A DNA stretch of 64,000 bases from Solirubrobacteraceae bacterium (GTDB lineage Bacteria > Actinomycetota > Thermoleophilia > Solirubrobacterales > Solirubrobacteraceae), in contig DATFZM010000010.1 of the NCBI GenBank assembly GCA_035314465.1, positions 16,181-80,180 on the forward strand. Direction: 5' to 3'. The notes beneath the pieces are model-generated. The model saw only the letters and a program-made list of their open reading frames with translations. It searched no databases and had not been told where the DNA came from. Below are positions 46,815-56,242 of this stretch, piece after piece; the first letter of the stretch is position 1, and every line of letters starts with the position of its first letter. The position numbers were made by a program, and so were the translations under genes.

Positions 46815-47225
46815 ATGTTGGAACCAACTCTCTTACGGGACCGGTCGCGGTCGGCCCAGATCGTGCTCGGCGGTGTCATCCCGGCGATCGTGGGCGCGGT
46901 GGCGGGAATCCTCCTCGGCGTCTCGACTGCGGGCTATTGGGCGATCGCGGTCGTCGCGGCGATCGGCGGCTTCCTCGCGGGGTTCGAGCATCAGGATGGA
47001 TGGGGCGGCGCGGACCGCGGCGTAGTCGGCGGGGCGATCTACGGCGCCTCGCTTCTGATCGCTCACGCGATCGCCGGAACGCAGGCGAAAGTGTCGCTCG
47101 GCAGCTTCCCGCCCCTGCTGGCCGTGGTCACAGCGATCATCGGCATGTTCCTCGGCGCGGCCGGCGGCAAGCTCGCGCGGACGCAGCGCGACCGGCGCTC
47201 GGGGCCCGCCGAGAAGGAGGCCTGA
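46815..47225 (+). CDS. Small multi-pass membrane protein
   Basis: Four Gly-rich hydrophobic segments. Confidence 0.65.
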   Translation: MLEPTLLRDRSRSAQIVLGGVIPAIVGAVAGILLGVSTAGYWAIAVVAAIGGFLAGFEHQDGWGGADRGVVGGAIYGASLLIAHAIAGTQAKVSLGSFPPLLAVVTAIIGMFLGAAGGKLARTQRDRRSGPAEKEA

Positions 47226-47569
47226 TGGGAGGACCGGCCGCGGAGGAGGAACCGGGCTACCACTTGTTCCTCGAGCCGCCCGAGATGCCCGTCGCGGCCA
47301 GCGCGCTGCGGCTGCTGATCTCCGACGAGGCGCATGAGCCCACGATCCGGAGCCTCGCGCGGGAGGTGCTCGCGCAGCTGCAGGAGGCACCGGGCGCGGA
47401 GCTGCTCACTGTGGAGCTGACCCCGCCGCAGATGAAGATCACGTACAGCGCCGTGAAGCTGCTGATGAACGATTCTCAGCGTGGCCAGGCCGACGAGCGC
47501 GAGCTCCTGCGAGGAATCCTCGCGAAGCTCCCCGACGAGCACACGATGCGCGCGATCCCACTGGATTAG
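47225..47569 (+). CDS. Hypothetical protein
   Basis: AAGGAGG SD and TGATG coupling to the upstream gene; ends 'KLPDEHTMRAIPLD'. Confidence 0.65.
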   Translation: MGGPAAEEEPGYHLFLEPPEMPVAASALRLLISDEAHEPTIRSLAREVLAQLQEAPGAELLTVELTPPQMKITYSAVKLLMNDSQRGQADERELLRGILAKLPDEHTMRAIPLD

Positions 47570-47744
47570 GACCCACCCTCCCTCGGGCACGCGACCCGCA
47601 GCGAGGACTCGCACGACACGCTCACGCTGCAGCTGCTCGACCGCGTCCAGACGTCCGCTGGCGCGGTGCATAATGGCCGACATGCGTCACGCTGCTAGCA
47701 ACAGCACGCGACCCTTCGTCGAGTAGCGCCGCGCGGGCGAGCGG

Positions 47745-48674
47745 ATGATCGGCTTCGAGCATCAGGCGCTGTTCCATCGCGGCGAGGACGAGTTCCTCGC
47801 GGGAACGCTGCCCTTCATCGCGGGGGCGCTCGAGGCAGGCGAACCCGTGTTGGTCGCCGTCGCGCCGCGCCGCTGTGAGCTGCTCGCGGACGCGCTCGGC
47901 GCCGAGGCCAGCGAGGTGGTATTCGCCGACATGCACCGCCTCGGCTCCAACCCGGCGAGGATCATCCCCGCGTGGCGACGCTTCCTCGACGAGCACGATC
48001 CAGACGAGGGCCCCGTTCGCGGCATCGGCGAACCCGTCTGGGCGGGGCGAAGCGCGCCCGAGCTCGACGAGTGCGCCCGCGACGAGCGGCTGCTGAACGT
48101 CGCCTTCGACGACGGGCGCCCGTGGCGCCTGATGTGTCCCTACGATCTCGCCGAGCTCGACGCGCGCGAGATCTTGGCGGCCGAGGCCAGCCACCCGTTC
48201 ACCGCGTGCGCGCACGGCGCACGCGAGAACGCGGGCTATGCGCCCCGGCACGACCCCTTCGCCGGCGAGGTGCCGCCGCCGCCCGCGGCGACGCGCGAGT
48301 TGCGGTTCGGCGCCGGCGAGCTCGGTGACGTTCGCGACACGGTCGCGGAGTGGGCAGCCGGGTTCCCGCTCACGCCCGAGCGCCGCAGCGATCTGGTGCT
48401 CGCCGTCAACGAGCTCGCTGCAAACAGCGTCATGCACGCCGGCGGCGCAGGCACGCTGGCGCTTTGGTCGCGGAACCACACGCTGATCTGCGAGATCAGG
48501 GACGCCGGCCAGCTCACCGTCCCGCTCGCTGGGCGAGTGCGGCCGGACGCAGCGCAGCTGAGCGGCCGGGGCCTGTGGATGGCCAACCAGGTCTGCGACC
48601 TCGTCCAGATCCGCTCATCGAAAGCCGCGGGCACGACGGTGCGAGTGCATATGCGCCTGCAGGCCGGCGGCTGA
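47745..48674 (+). CDS. MEDS + HATPase anti-sigma regulatory protein
   Basis: 'FEHQALF..NPARII..GEPVW..LMCPYD' and 'LAVNELAANS..H..D.G..GRGLW'. Confidence 0.85.
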   Translation: MIGFEHQALFHRGEDEFLAGTLPFIAGALEAGEPVLVAVAPRRCELLADALGAEASEVVFADMHRLGSNPARIIPAWRRFLDEHDPDEGPVRGIGEPVWAGRSAPELDECARDERLLNVAFDDGRPWRLMCPYDLAELDAREILAAEASHPFTACAHGARENAGYAPRHDPFAGEVPPPPAATRELRFGAGELGDVRDTVAEWAAGFPLTPERRSDLVLAVNELAANSVMHAGGAGTLALWSRNHTLICEIRDAGQLTVPLAGRVRPDAAQLSGRGLWMANQVCDLVQIRSSKAAGTTVRVHMRLQAGG

Positions 48675-48836
48675 GTGGCGAACACGTCGTTCTCGCTGTT
48701 CGCAGCGATCGCCAGCGTGTTGATCGTCACGCTGTCGGCGATCGCCGGCGCGTGGCCTGTGACGGTCGTCTTCGGCCTGCTGGCGATCGGGTTCGTGGCG
48801 AGGGCCAGCGAGACCCACTGGCGTCGCGACCGCTAG
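48675..48836 (+). CDS. 53-aa two-TM small protein (not in the ORF track)
   Basis: MANTSFSLFAAIASVLIVTLSAIAGAWPVTVVFGLLAIGFVARASETHWRRDR; the GTG directly follows the upstream TGA. Confidence 0.55.
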   Translation: MANTSFSLFAAIASVLIVTLSAIAGAWPVTVVFGLLAIGFVARASETHWRRDR

Positions 48837-49169
48837 CAGCTAGCTGCCGGTGAGCAGTCACGACCTTTGCGCTCGAGCGCCCCACGCTCTATCGGGTGGT
48901 CTTCAGCACCTACATTCCGGGCGGCAAGATCATGCCCCCGGGCGGGAAGGCGATACCCGCGGACGCGAACATGGACGACGTCGACCCGGGGCTGCGCCGA
49001 TCGCTAGCGGCGCACCGCGCCTGCAACCGATCTTGCAGAACGCGAGGCACGGGCCCTGCCGTCGAGATATTCGTCGAAGCGCAGCCACCACTCCGAAAGG
49101 CACCCGCATACGGGGTCGATCTCCCGACGAGGCGCAAGTGCGTCTCGGGGAGCAGCAGACGAGATCGCG

Positions 49170-51878
49170 ATGTCAAACAGCGAAAGCCCTCAGCCGAGCC
49201 CCGAGCAGGACGGCGCCAACGCGCCAGACGCCTCCGACGACGCCCAAGGCCGTCGGGCCGGCCACCCCCAGGGCGCGGCCCCCCAGCCGGACGCCACCGA
49301 TGCGGCTCCCCAGCCGGACGCCGGCAGCGCGGCCCCCGAGCCGGACACGATCGGTGAGCCCCCCCAGCCCGTCAGCAGCGCGGCCCCGCAGCCGGACGCG
49401 ATCGGTGAGACTCCCGAGGCGGACGGCAGCGGCGAGGCTCAGAGCACGGCGCTCCCCGCGAGCGCGATGCGCGCCAAGTCGGGCGGTGGCGGCGCGGGGC
49501 GAGCAACGTGGATCCTCGCCGCCGCGGTATGCGTCGCAGCCGGAGTCTCGGCTTCGGTGCTGGGCGCTCATAGCGTCGCGACCAAGAACGCGACCAAGGC
49601 CGAGCAGGCCTTCCACGCCAGCGCGGCCGGCGTCGCCTCCACGCTGAAGCTTTCGATCCAGCACGAGGAAGACCTCGTCGAGAACGCGAGCACCTTCTTC
49701 GCCAGCAATCCGCTCGCCTCGCAGACGGAATTCGCCACGTGGTCGCAGTGGGTCCGCACGCTGCGTCGCTACCCCGAGCTCGAGCGCATGGGGCTTGTGA
49801 CGGTCGTGCCGGCCTCCGAACTCGCGGCCTTCCAGGCGCGCGTCGTCGGGAAGGTTCCCGCAGCTCCCGTCGCAGGTGGCGGATCGTCGGCTCCGGCGAC
49901 CGGCTCGGCGCACGCCGGCGGCAGCGTCGGGCTGCTGCGCATAACCCCGCCCGGGGGGCGCCCCTACTACTGCCTGGCCAGTGCGGAAATCGTGCGCAGC
50001 CCAGCGCGCCGCGCACGCCTGGGCCTCGACTACTGCGCCAGGATGCCGACGCTGCTGCTCTCGCGCGACTCCGGCACGGCGAGCTATGCGCCGGTGTCGG
50101 CCACGCGCGCCGGCCAGCTCAACGTGGACACGCCGATCTTCCGGGGTAGCGCGCCCGCCTCGGGCCCGGCGGGGCGCACCGGCTCGTTCGTGGGCTGGCT
50201 GCGCGAGGTGCTCGTGCCCGGCGTCGTGCTGGAAGAGGCGCTGCGCGGGCACCCGGGCGTCGCGGTACGGCTGAGCTACAAGCGCGGCACGTCGAACGCG
50301 ACATTCGCGCTCGGCACGCCACAGACGGGAGCGCCAAGCGCGACGACAAGCCTCCACGAGGGCTGGACGGTCGAGAGCTTCGGCGCGCCGGTCAGCTCCG
50401 ACGTGCTGTCCGACCCCGAAGCACGCGGCCTGCTGATCGCGGGCTGCCTGCTGAGCCTTCTGCTCGGCGTTCTGATCTACGTGCTCGGCTCGGGCCGGCC
50501 CGGCGGCGCCGCCCCCAGGCGCCCAGGCGCCCCGCGCGGCCAGCGCTCTCCCGGCGACGGCCTCTATGACGAGCTCACCGGTGTTCCCGGCCGCGCGCTC
50601 ACGCTCGACCGCGCCGAGCGCACGGTCGCGCGTGCCGGGCGCCAATCGGGCATGCTCGCAGGCGCGCTCTTGATCGACGTCGACTGGTTCAGCGACGTAA
50701 ACGAGAGGTTCGGCCGCGCCGCGGGCGACCAGCTGCTGCAGATCGTCGCCGAGCGCCTCGACGAGGTCGTTCGCACGGAGGACAGCCTCGGGCGGATGGA
50801 AGGCGATCGCTTCGCGATCATCGTCGAATCGGTGGCTCGCGGAGTGCGCCTGGACTCGCTGGCCAGGCGCGTGATCGAGGCGCTGCACGAGCCCATCGGG
50901 ATCGACGACTTCGGACCGAGCTTCCACTTGACAGCAAGCATCGGCGTGGCCTACGGCCGCTACACCAGCCACGAGCAGATGCTGCACGACGCCGAGCTCG
51001 CCCTGCGTGCGTCGAAGACGGCCGGCAAGGACCGCTACACGCTCTTCAACGCCAACATGCGCGCGGTGATCGAGGACCGCGGCGTGCTCGAGGCCGAGCT
51101 CAACGCCGCGCTTCGCGAGAGCCAGTTCTTCATGCTCTACCAGCCGATCTGCGACCTGCGCACGCGCAAGGTCATCGGCCTGGAGGCGATGATCCGCTGG
51201 CAGCACCCCAAGCAGGGAGTGCTGCTGCCGTCCGATTTCATCCCGCTCGCGGAGGAAACCGGCCTGATCGTCCCGATCGGGCGCTGGGCGTTGCAGGAGG
51301 CGTGCGGCCGCGCGGCCGCGTGGGAGGTCGCCGGACACCGCGTCGCCGTGGGCGTGCAGGTGTCCGCCAACCAGTTCAACCGCGACGGCTTCGCGACCGA
51401 CGTCCTGCGCGCGCTGCAGCAGTCGGGCGTCGAGCCGTCGCTGGTCACGCTCGAGCTCGACGAGACCACGATCATGAGCGACGCGGCCGTCGCGACCGAG
51501 CGTATGCACGAGCTCAAGGGCCTCGGCGTGCAGATCGCGATCGACAACTTCGGCAGCGGCTACGCCTATCGCTCCGACCTGCAGCGCATGCCGATCGACT
51601 ACCTCAAGGTCGACCGCGGCTCGCTCGCGGCCTCCGAGGACGAGGACTATCGCCACTGGCTGCTCGAGGCGATTCTCGTGTTCGGGCGCGATCTGTCGCT
51701 GACAGTGGTCGCCAAGGGCATCGAGACCGCCGAGCAGGTCGACGCCCTGCAGACGATGGGCTGCACGCTCGCGCAGGGGCACTTCTTCGGCGAGCCCGCC
51801 CCCGGCGATGCGCTCGAGCGTCTGTTCGCAGGTGGCGTGAGCACTGTGCGCGCCACCTCGACGGGCATGAACGACTGA
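49170..51878 (+). CDS. Membrane CHASE-like + degenerate GGDEF + degenerate EAL protein
   Basis: Two TMs around a CHASE-like region; 'RTED-SLGRM-EGDRF'; 'YQPI..EAMIRW', 'IDNFGSGY', 'VAKGIE', 'QGHFF'. Confidence 0.85.
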   Translation: MSNSESPQPSPEQDGANAPDASDDAQGRRAGHPQGAAPQPDATDAAPQPDAGSAAPEPDTIGEPPQPVSSAAPQPDAIGETPEADGSGEAQSTALPASAMRAKSGGGGAGRATWILAAAVCVAAGVSASVLGAHSVATKNATKAEQAFHASAAGVASTLKLSIQHEEDLVENASTFFASNPLASQTEFATWSQWVRTLRRYPELERMGLVTVVPASELAAFQARVVGKVPAAPVAGGGSSAPATGSAHAGGSVGLLRITPPGGRPYYCLASAEIVRSPARRARLGLDYCARMPTLLLSRDSGTASYAPVSATRAGQLNVDTPIFRGSAPASGPAGRTGSFVGWLREVLVPGVVLEEALRGHPGVAVRLSYKRGTSNATFALGTPQTGAPSATTSLHEGWTVESFGAPVSSDVLSDPEARGLLIAGCLLSLLLGVLIYVLGSGRPGGAAPRRPGAPRGQRSPGDGLYDELTGVPGRALTLDRAERTVARAGRQSGMLAGALLIDVDWFSDVNERFGRAAGDQLLQIVAERLDEVVRTEDSLGRMEGDRFAIIVESVARGVRLDSLARRVIEALHEPIGIDDFGPSFHLTASIGVAYGRYTSHEQMLHDAELALRASKTAGKDRYTLFNANMRAVIEDRGVLEAELNAALRESQFFMLYQPICDLRTRKVIGLEAMIRWQHPKQGVLLPSDFIPLAEETGLIVPIGRWALQEACGRAAAWEVAGHRVAVGVQVSANQFNRDGFATDVLRALQQSGVEPSLVTLELDETTIMSDAAVATERMHELKGLGVQIAIDNFGSGYAYRSDLQRMPIDYLKVDRGSLAASEDEDYRHWLLEAILVFGRDLSLTVVAKGIETAEQVDALQTMGCTLAQGHFFGEPAPGDALERLFAGGVSTVRATSTGMND
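49274..49430. repeat. Imperfect 24-27-bp tandem repeats encoding AAP(Q/E)PD units
   Basis: gcggccccccagccggacgcc / gcggctccccagccggacgcc / gcggcccccgagccggacacg / gcggccccgcagccggacgcg. Confidence 0.7.
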
Positions 51879-51947
51879 GCTCCCGAGGCGAGGGCCACGG
51901 ACATCTAGCCGCTGGCCCGGTGCGCGTGCGTGCGCTATCTTCTGCGC

Positions 51948-52021
51948 GTCAGATGGAGCCCTGACGGCGGGTCCAAGGACCTCCGGACCGCCCACCTCTA
52001 AGACAAGGGCTGATGGCTCCT
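51948..52021 (+). ncRNA. Fluoride (crcB) riboswitch
   Basis: P1 GTCAG/CTGAC with loop ATGGAGCC; ACCGCCC...GGGCTGATGGCTCCT, where GGAGCC/GGCTCC can form the pseudoknot; TATCTT -10 box just upstream; directly precedes two crcB genes. Confidence 0.85.
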
Positions 52022-52055
52022 TTCGCGAACCTTACTCGACGCGAGAGGAGATGCT

Positions 52056-52460
52056 TTGGTGCTGCAGAACCCGGATCGACGTGAGCTCGCGGCGATCTTC
52101 ATCGGTGGGGCGGGCGGAGCACTGCTGCGCGTGTGGATCGGCCGCGAACTGGGAGGGGCGGGCGACGGCTGGCCGTGGGCGACGTTCCTGATCAACGTCG
52201 CTGGGTCGCTGCTGCTCGGCTACCTCGTCACCCGCCTGCAGGAGCGCCTGCCCCAGTCGACATACCCTCGTCCGCTGCTGTGCACCGGATTCTGCGGCGC
52301 GTTCACGACCTTCTCGACGATGCAGGTCGAGATCTTGAAGATGCTCGAATACGACCACTACGCCCTGGCGGCGGGCTATGCGGGAGCGAGCGTCGCGCTC
52401 GGATATCTCGCGCTGGGAATCGCGACGGCGGCCGTTCGGCGCACGAGGGCGATTGCATGA
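52056..52460 (+). CDS. crcB: Fluoride channel Fluc/CrcB
   Basis: 'GGAGGALLR', 'PWATFLINVAGS', 'GFCGAFTTFST'. Confidence 0.93.
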   Translation: MVLQNPDRRELAAIFIGGAGGALLRVWIGRELGGAGDGWPWATFLINVAGSLLLGYLVTRLQERLPQSTYPRPLLCTGFCGAFTTFSTMQVEILKMLEYDHYALAAGYAGASVALGYLALGIATAAVRRTRAIA

Positions 52461-52822
52461 GCGCCTGGGTGTGGGTCGGCGTCGCGCTCCTCGGGGGGCT
52501 CGGCGCGAGCGCGCGCTTCGTGCTGGACGGCGCGCTCAGCACGCGCTCGAGTGGGTCCTTCCCGGTGGGTACGTTCGCGATCAACATCACTGGCGCGATG
52601 CTGCTCGGCCTGCTCGCGGGGCTCGAGGCCACGGGCGCGACGCTCGTGCTGGTGGGCACCGCTACGCTCGGCTCCTATACGACGTTCTCTACGTGGATGC
52701 TCGAGTCCCACCGGCTGACCGAGGATGCCGACGTCGCAGGAGCAACGCTGAACGTGCTCGCGAGCCTCGCCGTCGGCATCGGCGCTGCGGCGATCGGCCG
52801 GGCGATAGGCGCGCACGCGTGA
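52457..52822 (+). CDS. crcB: Fluoride channel Fluc/CrcB (second subunit)
   Basis: 'GGLGASARF', 'FPVGTFAINITG', 'LGSYTTFST'; ATGA overlap. Confidence 0.92.
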   Translation: MSAWVWVGVALLGGLGASARFVLDGALSTRSSGSFPVGTFAINITGAMLLGLLAGLEATGATLVLVGTATLGSYTTFSTWMLESHRLTEDADVAGATLNVLASLAVGIGAAAIGRAIGAHA

Positions 52823-53898
52823 ACGAGGAGTGCCTCGCGCTCACCACCTACTTCGGCGAGCGCGACCGCACCGAGGAGAGGCTGCTCGGGGATGAGCTGC
52901 TCGATCTCTACGGCGAGCACGGTCTGCGTGCCAGCGTGTTGCTGCGGGGCTCGGAGGGCTTCGGGCGCCTACATCACCTTCACACCGATCGTCTGCTGAC
53001 GCTCTCGGAGGACCTGCCTGTCGTCTCGATCGCGGTGGACCGGCGCGAGCGCGTCGAATCGGTGCTCGCGGAGGTGCTCTCGATCAAGCGGCGAGGGCTC
53101 GTGACGCTCGAGCGCGCGCGGCTGCTGAGTGGCGAGGACGTCGCCTCGGCGCGGCTGGGGCGCGAGCTCCACGCGGCGACGAAGCTGACGGTCTACGTGG
53201 GACGTCGGGAGCGAGTCGGCCGTGCGCCGGCGTTCACAGCGGTCACCGACCTGCTGCGCCGACATGGGGTCGCCGGCGCGACCGTGCTGCTCGGCGTCGA
53301 CGGCACTCGCGGCGGGCGCCGCTACCGAGCGCGGTTCTTCGCGCGCAACGCCGAGGTGCCGATGATGATCCTCGCCGTCGGCCGCGGCGCGAGCATTGCG
53401 AGGGCCCTGCAGGAGCTCGCCGGCATGCTGCGCGAGCCGCTGCTCACGCTGGAGCGGGTACAGCTGTGCAAGCGCGACGGCGTGCTACTCGCCAGGCCGC
53501 ACGAGCTGCCCTCCGTCGACGCGCGCGGGCTCAGCCTGTGGCAGAAGCTCACGGTCTACAGCTCCCAGGCCGCGACCCACGAGGGCCACCCGATCAACCT
53601 CCAGATCATCCGACGGCTGCGCGAATCGGACGCCGCCGGCGCGACCAGCGTTCGCGGCGTCTGGGGCTACCATGGCGGGCATCGGCCTCACGGCGAACGA
53701 CTCCTGCAGGTCCGTCGTCACGTGCCGGTGGTGACCACGGTGATCGATACGCCCGAGCGCGCCGCCCGCGCCTTCGATGCGATCGACGAGCTGACGCGCG
53801 TACACGGCCTCGTCACGAGCGAGATGGTGCCGGCGGCCGCCGCCATCAGCGCCGAGGAGCGCCACGGCGGCACGCGGCTGGCAGCTCACGATTACTAG
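52819..53898 (+). CDS. Triple DUF190 (PII-like) domain protein
   Basis: Three units, each beginning 'L(T/K)xY' and containing 'LLRGSEGFG', 'VLLGVDG' or 'VRGVWGY', each ending in a 'LVTLE/LLTLE/LVTSE' segment; GTGA overlap. Confidence 0.85.
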   Translation: MNEECLALTTYFGERDRTEERLLGDELLDLYGEHGLRASVLLRGSEGFGRLHHLHTDRLLTLSEDLPVVSIAVDRRERVESVLAEVLSIKRRGLVTLERARLLSGEDVASARLGRELHAATKLTVYVGRRERVGRAPAFTAVTDLLRRHGVAGATVLLGVDGTRGGRRYRARFFARNAEVPMMILAVGRGASIARALQELAGMLREPLLTLERVQLCKRDGVLLARPHELPSVDARGLSLWQKLTVYSSQAATHEGHPINLQIIRRLRESDAAGATSVRGVWGYHGGHRPHGERLLQVRRHVPVVTTVIDTPERAARAFDAIDELTRVHGLVTSEMVPAAAAISAEERHGGTRLAAHDY

Positions 53899-53948
53899 CT
53901 CCGGCGCCCCGCGTTCTGAGACCGCGGTGCGCCGGAGCACTGGCGCCA

Positions 53949-55409
53949 CTAGTGGACCAGAACGGGCTGCGACACGGGCTCGGTGCTGACGCGGGTGCCG
54001 GGGGCGAACAGCAGACCCGCGACGAGAGCGCCGAGCGCGAAGATTCCGGCCGACCACATGAACGCGGTCGTGTAGCCGTGCACAGTCGCCGCGGCGATCA
54101 GGGCCGGCGTGGGGCGCGCGCCGCCGATGAACCCGGTGACCGCGCTGGCGGCGACGGTGCTCAGCAGCGCCACGCCGACGGACCCGCCGATCTGTTGGTT
54201 GGCGTTGACCATCGCCGAGGCCACGCCGGCGTCCTGGGTGGCGACGCCGAGCGTGGCTGTGGCCATCGCGGGGGCGAAGATGAGGCCGAACCCGGCGCCC
54301 ATGACGGCCAGCGACGGCAGCACGTCCACTAGGTAGCTCGAGTGCACGCCGATGCCCGTCAGATAGAGCATTCCTCCAGCGCCGAGGAGCATGCCGATGA
54401 CGATCAGCGGGCGGGGACCCACGCGCGGCACCAGGCGCGTGCTCGCCAGTCCCGCGGAGATGATGATCGTGGCGGTCATCGGCAGGAAGGCGACGCCGTT
54501 GAGGATCGGCGAGAAGCCGAGGTTCTGCTGCATGTAGTAGGTCAGGAACATGAACACCGCGAAGATGGCCGCGGCGGCGATGCCGATCGAGAGAAACGCT
54601 GCTCCCCGGTTGCGGTCGGTCACCACGCGCAGCGGCAGCAGCGGGTGCGAGGCGTGTCGCTCGATCAGCACGAAGGCGCCCAGCAGCGCGGCCGCGGCCG
54701 CCAGGAAGGCCACCGTGATCGAGTTCCCCCAGCTCGTCGTCTGCGCGTGGTTGAGCCCGTAGACGAGCGAGAACACCCCACCGGAGACGGTCACGATGCC
54801 GGGGATGTCGAAGCGCGGGCGCTCGCTCGGGCGCTGGTTGACGAGCAGCGCGAGCGCGCCCACGGTCGCGATGACCGCGAAGATGATGTTGATGTACATC
54901 GTGAAGCGCCAGTCGAGCACCTGCGTCAGCGCGCCTCCGAGCAGCAGGCCAATCGACGCGCCCGACCCGGCGATCGCCCCGTAGAGGCCGAAGGCCCGCG
55001 CGCGCTCGCCGGCGTCGGTGAACGTTGTCGTCAGCAGCGAGAGCGCGGCCGGAGCGAGCAGCGCGCCGAAGGCCCCCTGGATGGCGCGCGCGCCGACGAG
55101 AATGTCGAAGCTCTGCGCCGCGCCGCCGAAGGCCGACGCCGCGGCGAACCCGAGCAGCCCGACGATGAACGTCCACTTGCGTCCGAAGAAATCGCTGATA
55201 CGACCACCGAGCAGCAGCAGGCTGCCGAACGCGAGCGCGTATGCGGTGATCACCCACTGGCGGTTGTCGTTCGTGAAGTGCAACGCCCTCTGCGCCGAGG
55301 GCAGCGCGATGTTGACGACCGTGGCGTCGAGCACGACCATCAGCTGGGCGATCCCGACGACGGCGAGGATCAGCCAGCGTCGCTCGTGGTGGGGGTTTGT
55401 GTGAGCCAT
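53949..55409 (-). CDS. DHA2 (EmrB/QacA-like) MFS efflux transporter
   Basis: 'LDATVVNIALP', 'GGRISDFFGRK'; about 14 TMs. Confidence 0.92.
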   Translation of the reverse strand: MAHTNPHHERRWLILAVVGIAQLMVVLDATVVNIALPSAQRALHFTNDNRQWVITAYALAFGSLLLLGGRISDFFGRKWTFIVGLLGFAAASAFGGAAQSFDILVGARAIQGAFGALLAPAALSLLTTTFTDAGERARAFGLYGAIAGSGASIGLLLGGALTQVLDWRFTMYINIIFAVIATVGALALLVNQRPSERPRFDIPGIVTVSGGVFSLVYGLNHAQTTSWGNSITVAFLAAAAALLGAFVLIERHASHPLLPLRVVTDRNRGAAFLSIGIAAAAIFAVFMFLTYYMQQNLGFSPILNGVAFLPMTATIIISAGLASTRLVPRVGPRPLIVIGMLLGAGGMLYLTGIGVHSSYLVDVLPSLAVMGAGFGLIFAPAMATATLGVATQDAGVASAMVNANQQIGGSVGVALLSTVAASAVTGFIGGARPTPALIAAATVHGYTTAFMWSAGIFALGALVAGLLFAPGTRVSTEPVSQPVLVH

Positions 55410-55422
55410 GCCGTGCCTCCGA

Positions 55423-55524
55423 AAGTGGATATCGCTTATCGACTTCTCGTAGACTAGGGGATGAAGCGGATCTTGTCAATCCACTTAGATAAGGATTCTC
55501 CACATGGACATCCGTCTTCCGCTT
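55423..55524. promoter_or_regulatory. Array of four putative TetR operators (AAGYGGA-N9-TCCRCTT)
   Basis: Sites at 55423-55445, 55464-55486, 55483-55505 and 55502-55524, between the divergent MFS and tetR genes. Confidence 0.7.
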
Positions 55525-55539
55525 AGCTACACTTGACAC

Positions 55540-56199
55540 ATGGCAGCGACTGTTGAGCGACCGCTGAGAAAGGACGCCGAGCGCAACCGCCGGCGGATCC
55601 TGGACGCGGCGGCGGAGCTGTTCGCAGAGCGCGGCCTCGGCGTGACGCTCAACGATGTCGCCCACCACGCCGACGTCGGCGTCGGCACCGTCTATCGGCG
55701 CTTCCCCGACAAGGAGCTGCTGATCGACGCCCTCTTCGAGGAGCGGGTCGAGGAGATGCTCGCGCTCGCGGAGCGCTCGCTCGGCGACCCCGATCCCTGG
55801 CACGGCCTCGCCTCGTTCCTCGAGCAAGGCCTCGAGCTGCAGGCCCGCGACATGGGCCTCAAGCAGCTGCTGCTGGGCACGCCGCAGGGGTGCGCGCGCG
55901 TGGGAGGAGTGCGCGAGCGGCTGCTTCCGATCGTGACCGCCCTTGTGACCCGTGCGAGGGACGCCGGACAGCTGCGCGCGGACATCGAGCCCGAGGATCT
56001 CGCGGTCACGCAATGGATGCTGGGCACCGTCGTCGACTACGGCCGCGAGGTCAGGCCCGAGCTCTGGCGGCGCTATCTGTATCTGCTGCTGCGGGCGATC
56101 CGCGCCGAGCCGACCCCCGCTGAGGCTTTGCCGGTCGAGGCGCTGACCCAGGCCGAGCTCGACACGCTGTTCTCCTCGGGGGCGCTCACCAGGAGCTGA
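55540..56199 (+). CDS. TetR family regulator
   Basis: 'LRKDAERNRRRILDAA..VGVGTVYRRFPDK'. Confidence 0.93.
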   Translation: MAATVERPLRKDAERNRRRILDAAAELFAERGLGVTLNDVAHHADVGVGTVYRRFPDKELLIDALFEERVEEMLALAERSLGDPDPWHGLASFLEQGLELQARDMGLKQLLLGTPQGCARVGGVRERLLPIVTALVTRARDAGQLRADIEPEDLAVTQWMLGTVVDYGREVRPELWRRYLYLLLRAIRAEPTPAEALPVEALTQAELDTLFSSGALTRS

Positions 56200-56242
56200 G
56201 GCACGAGGGCGGCGCGGATTTCCGGGCCCTCGTGAGAGTGCT

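Noticed and set aside
49173-51995. 940-aa minus-strand ORF
   Set aside because: Codon-register mirror of the GGDEF-EAL gene.
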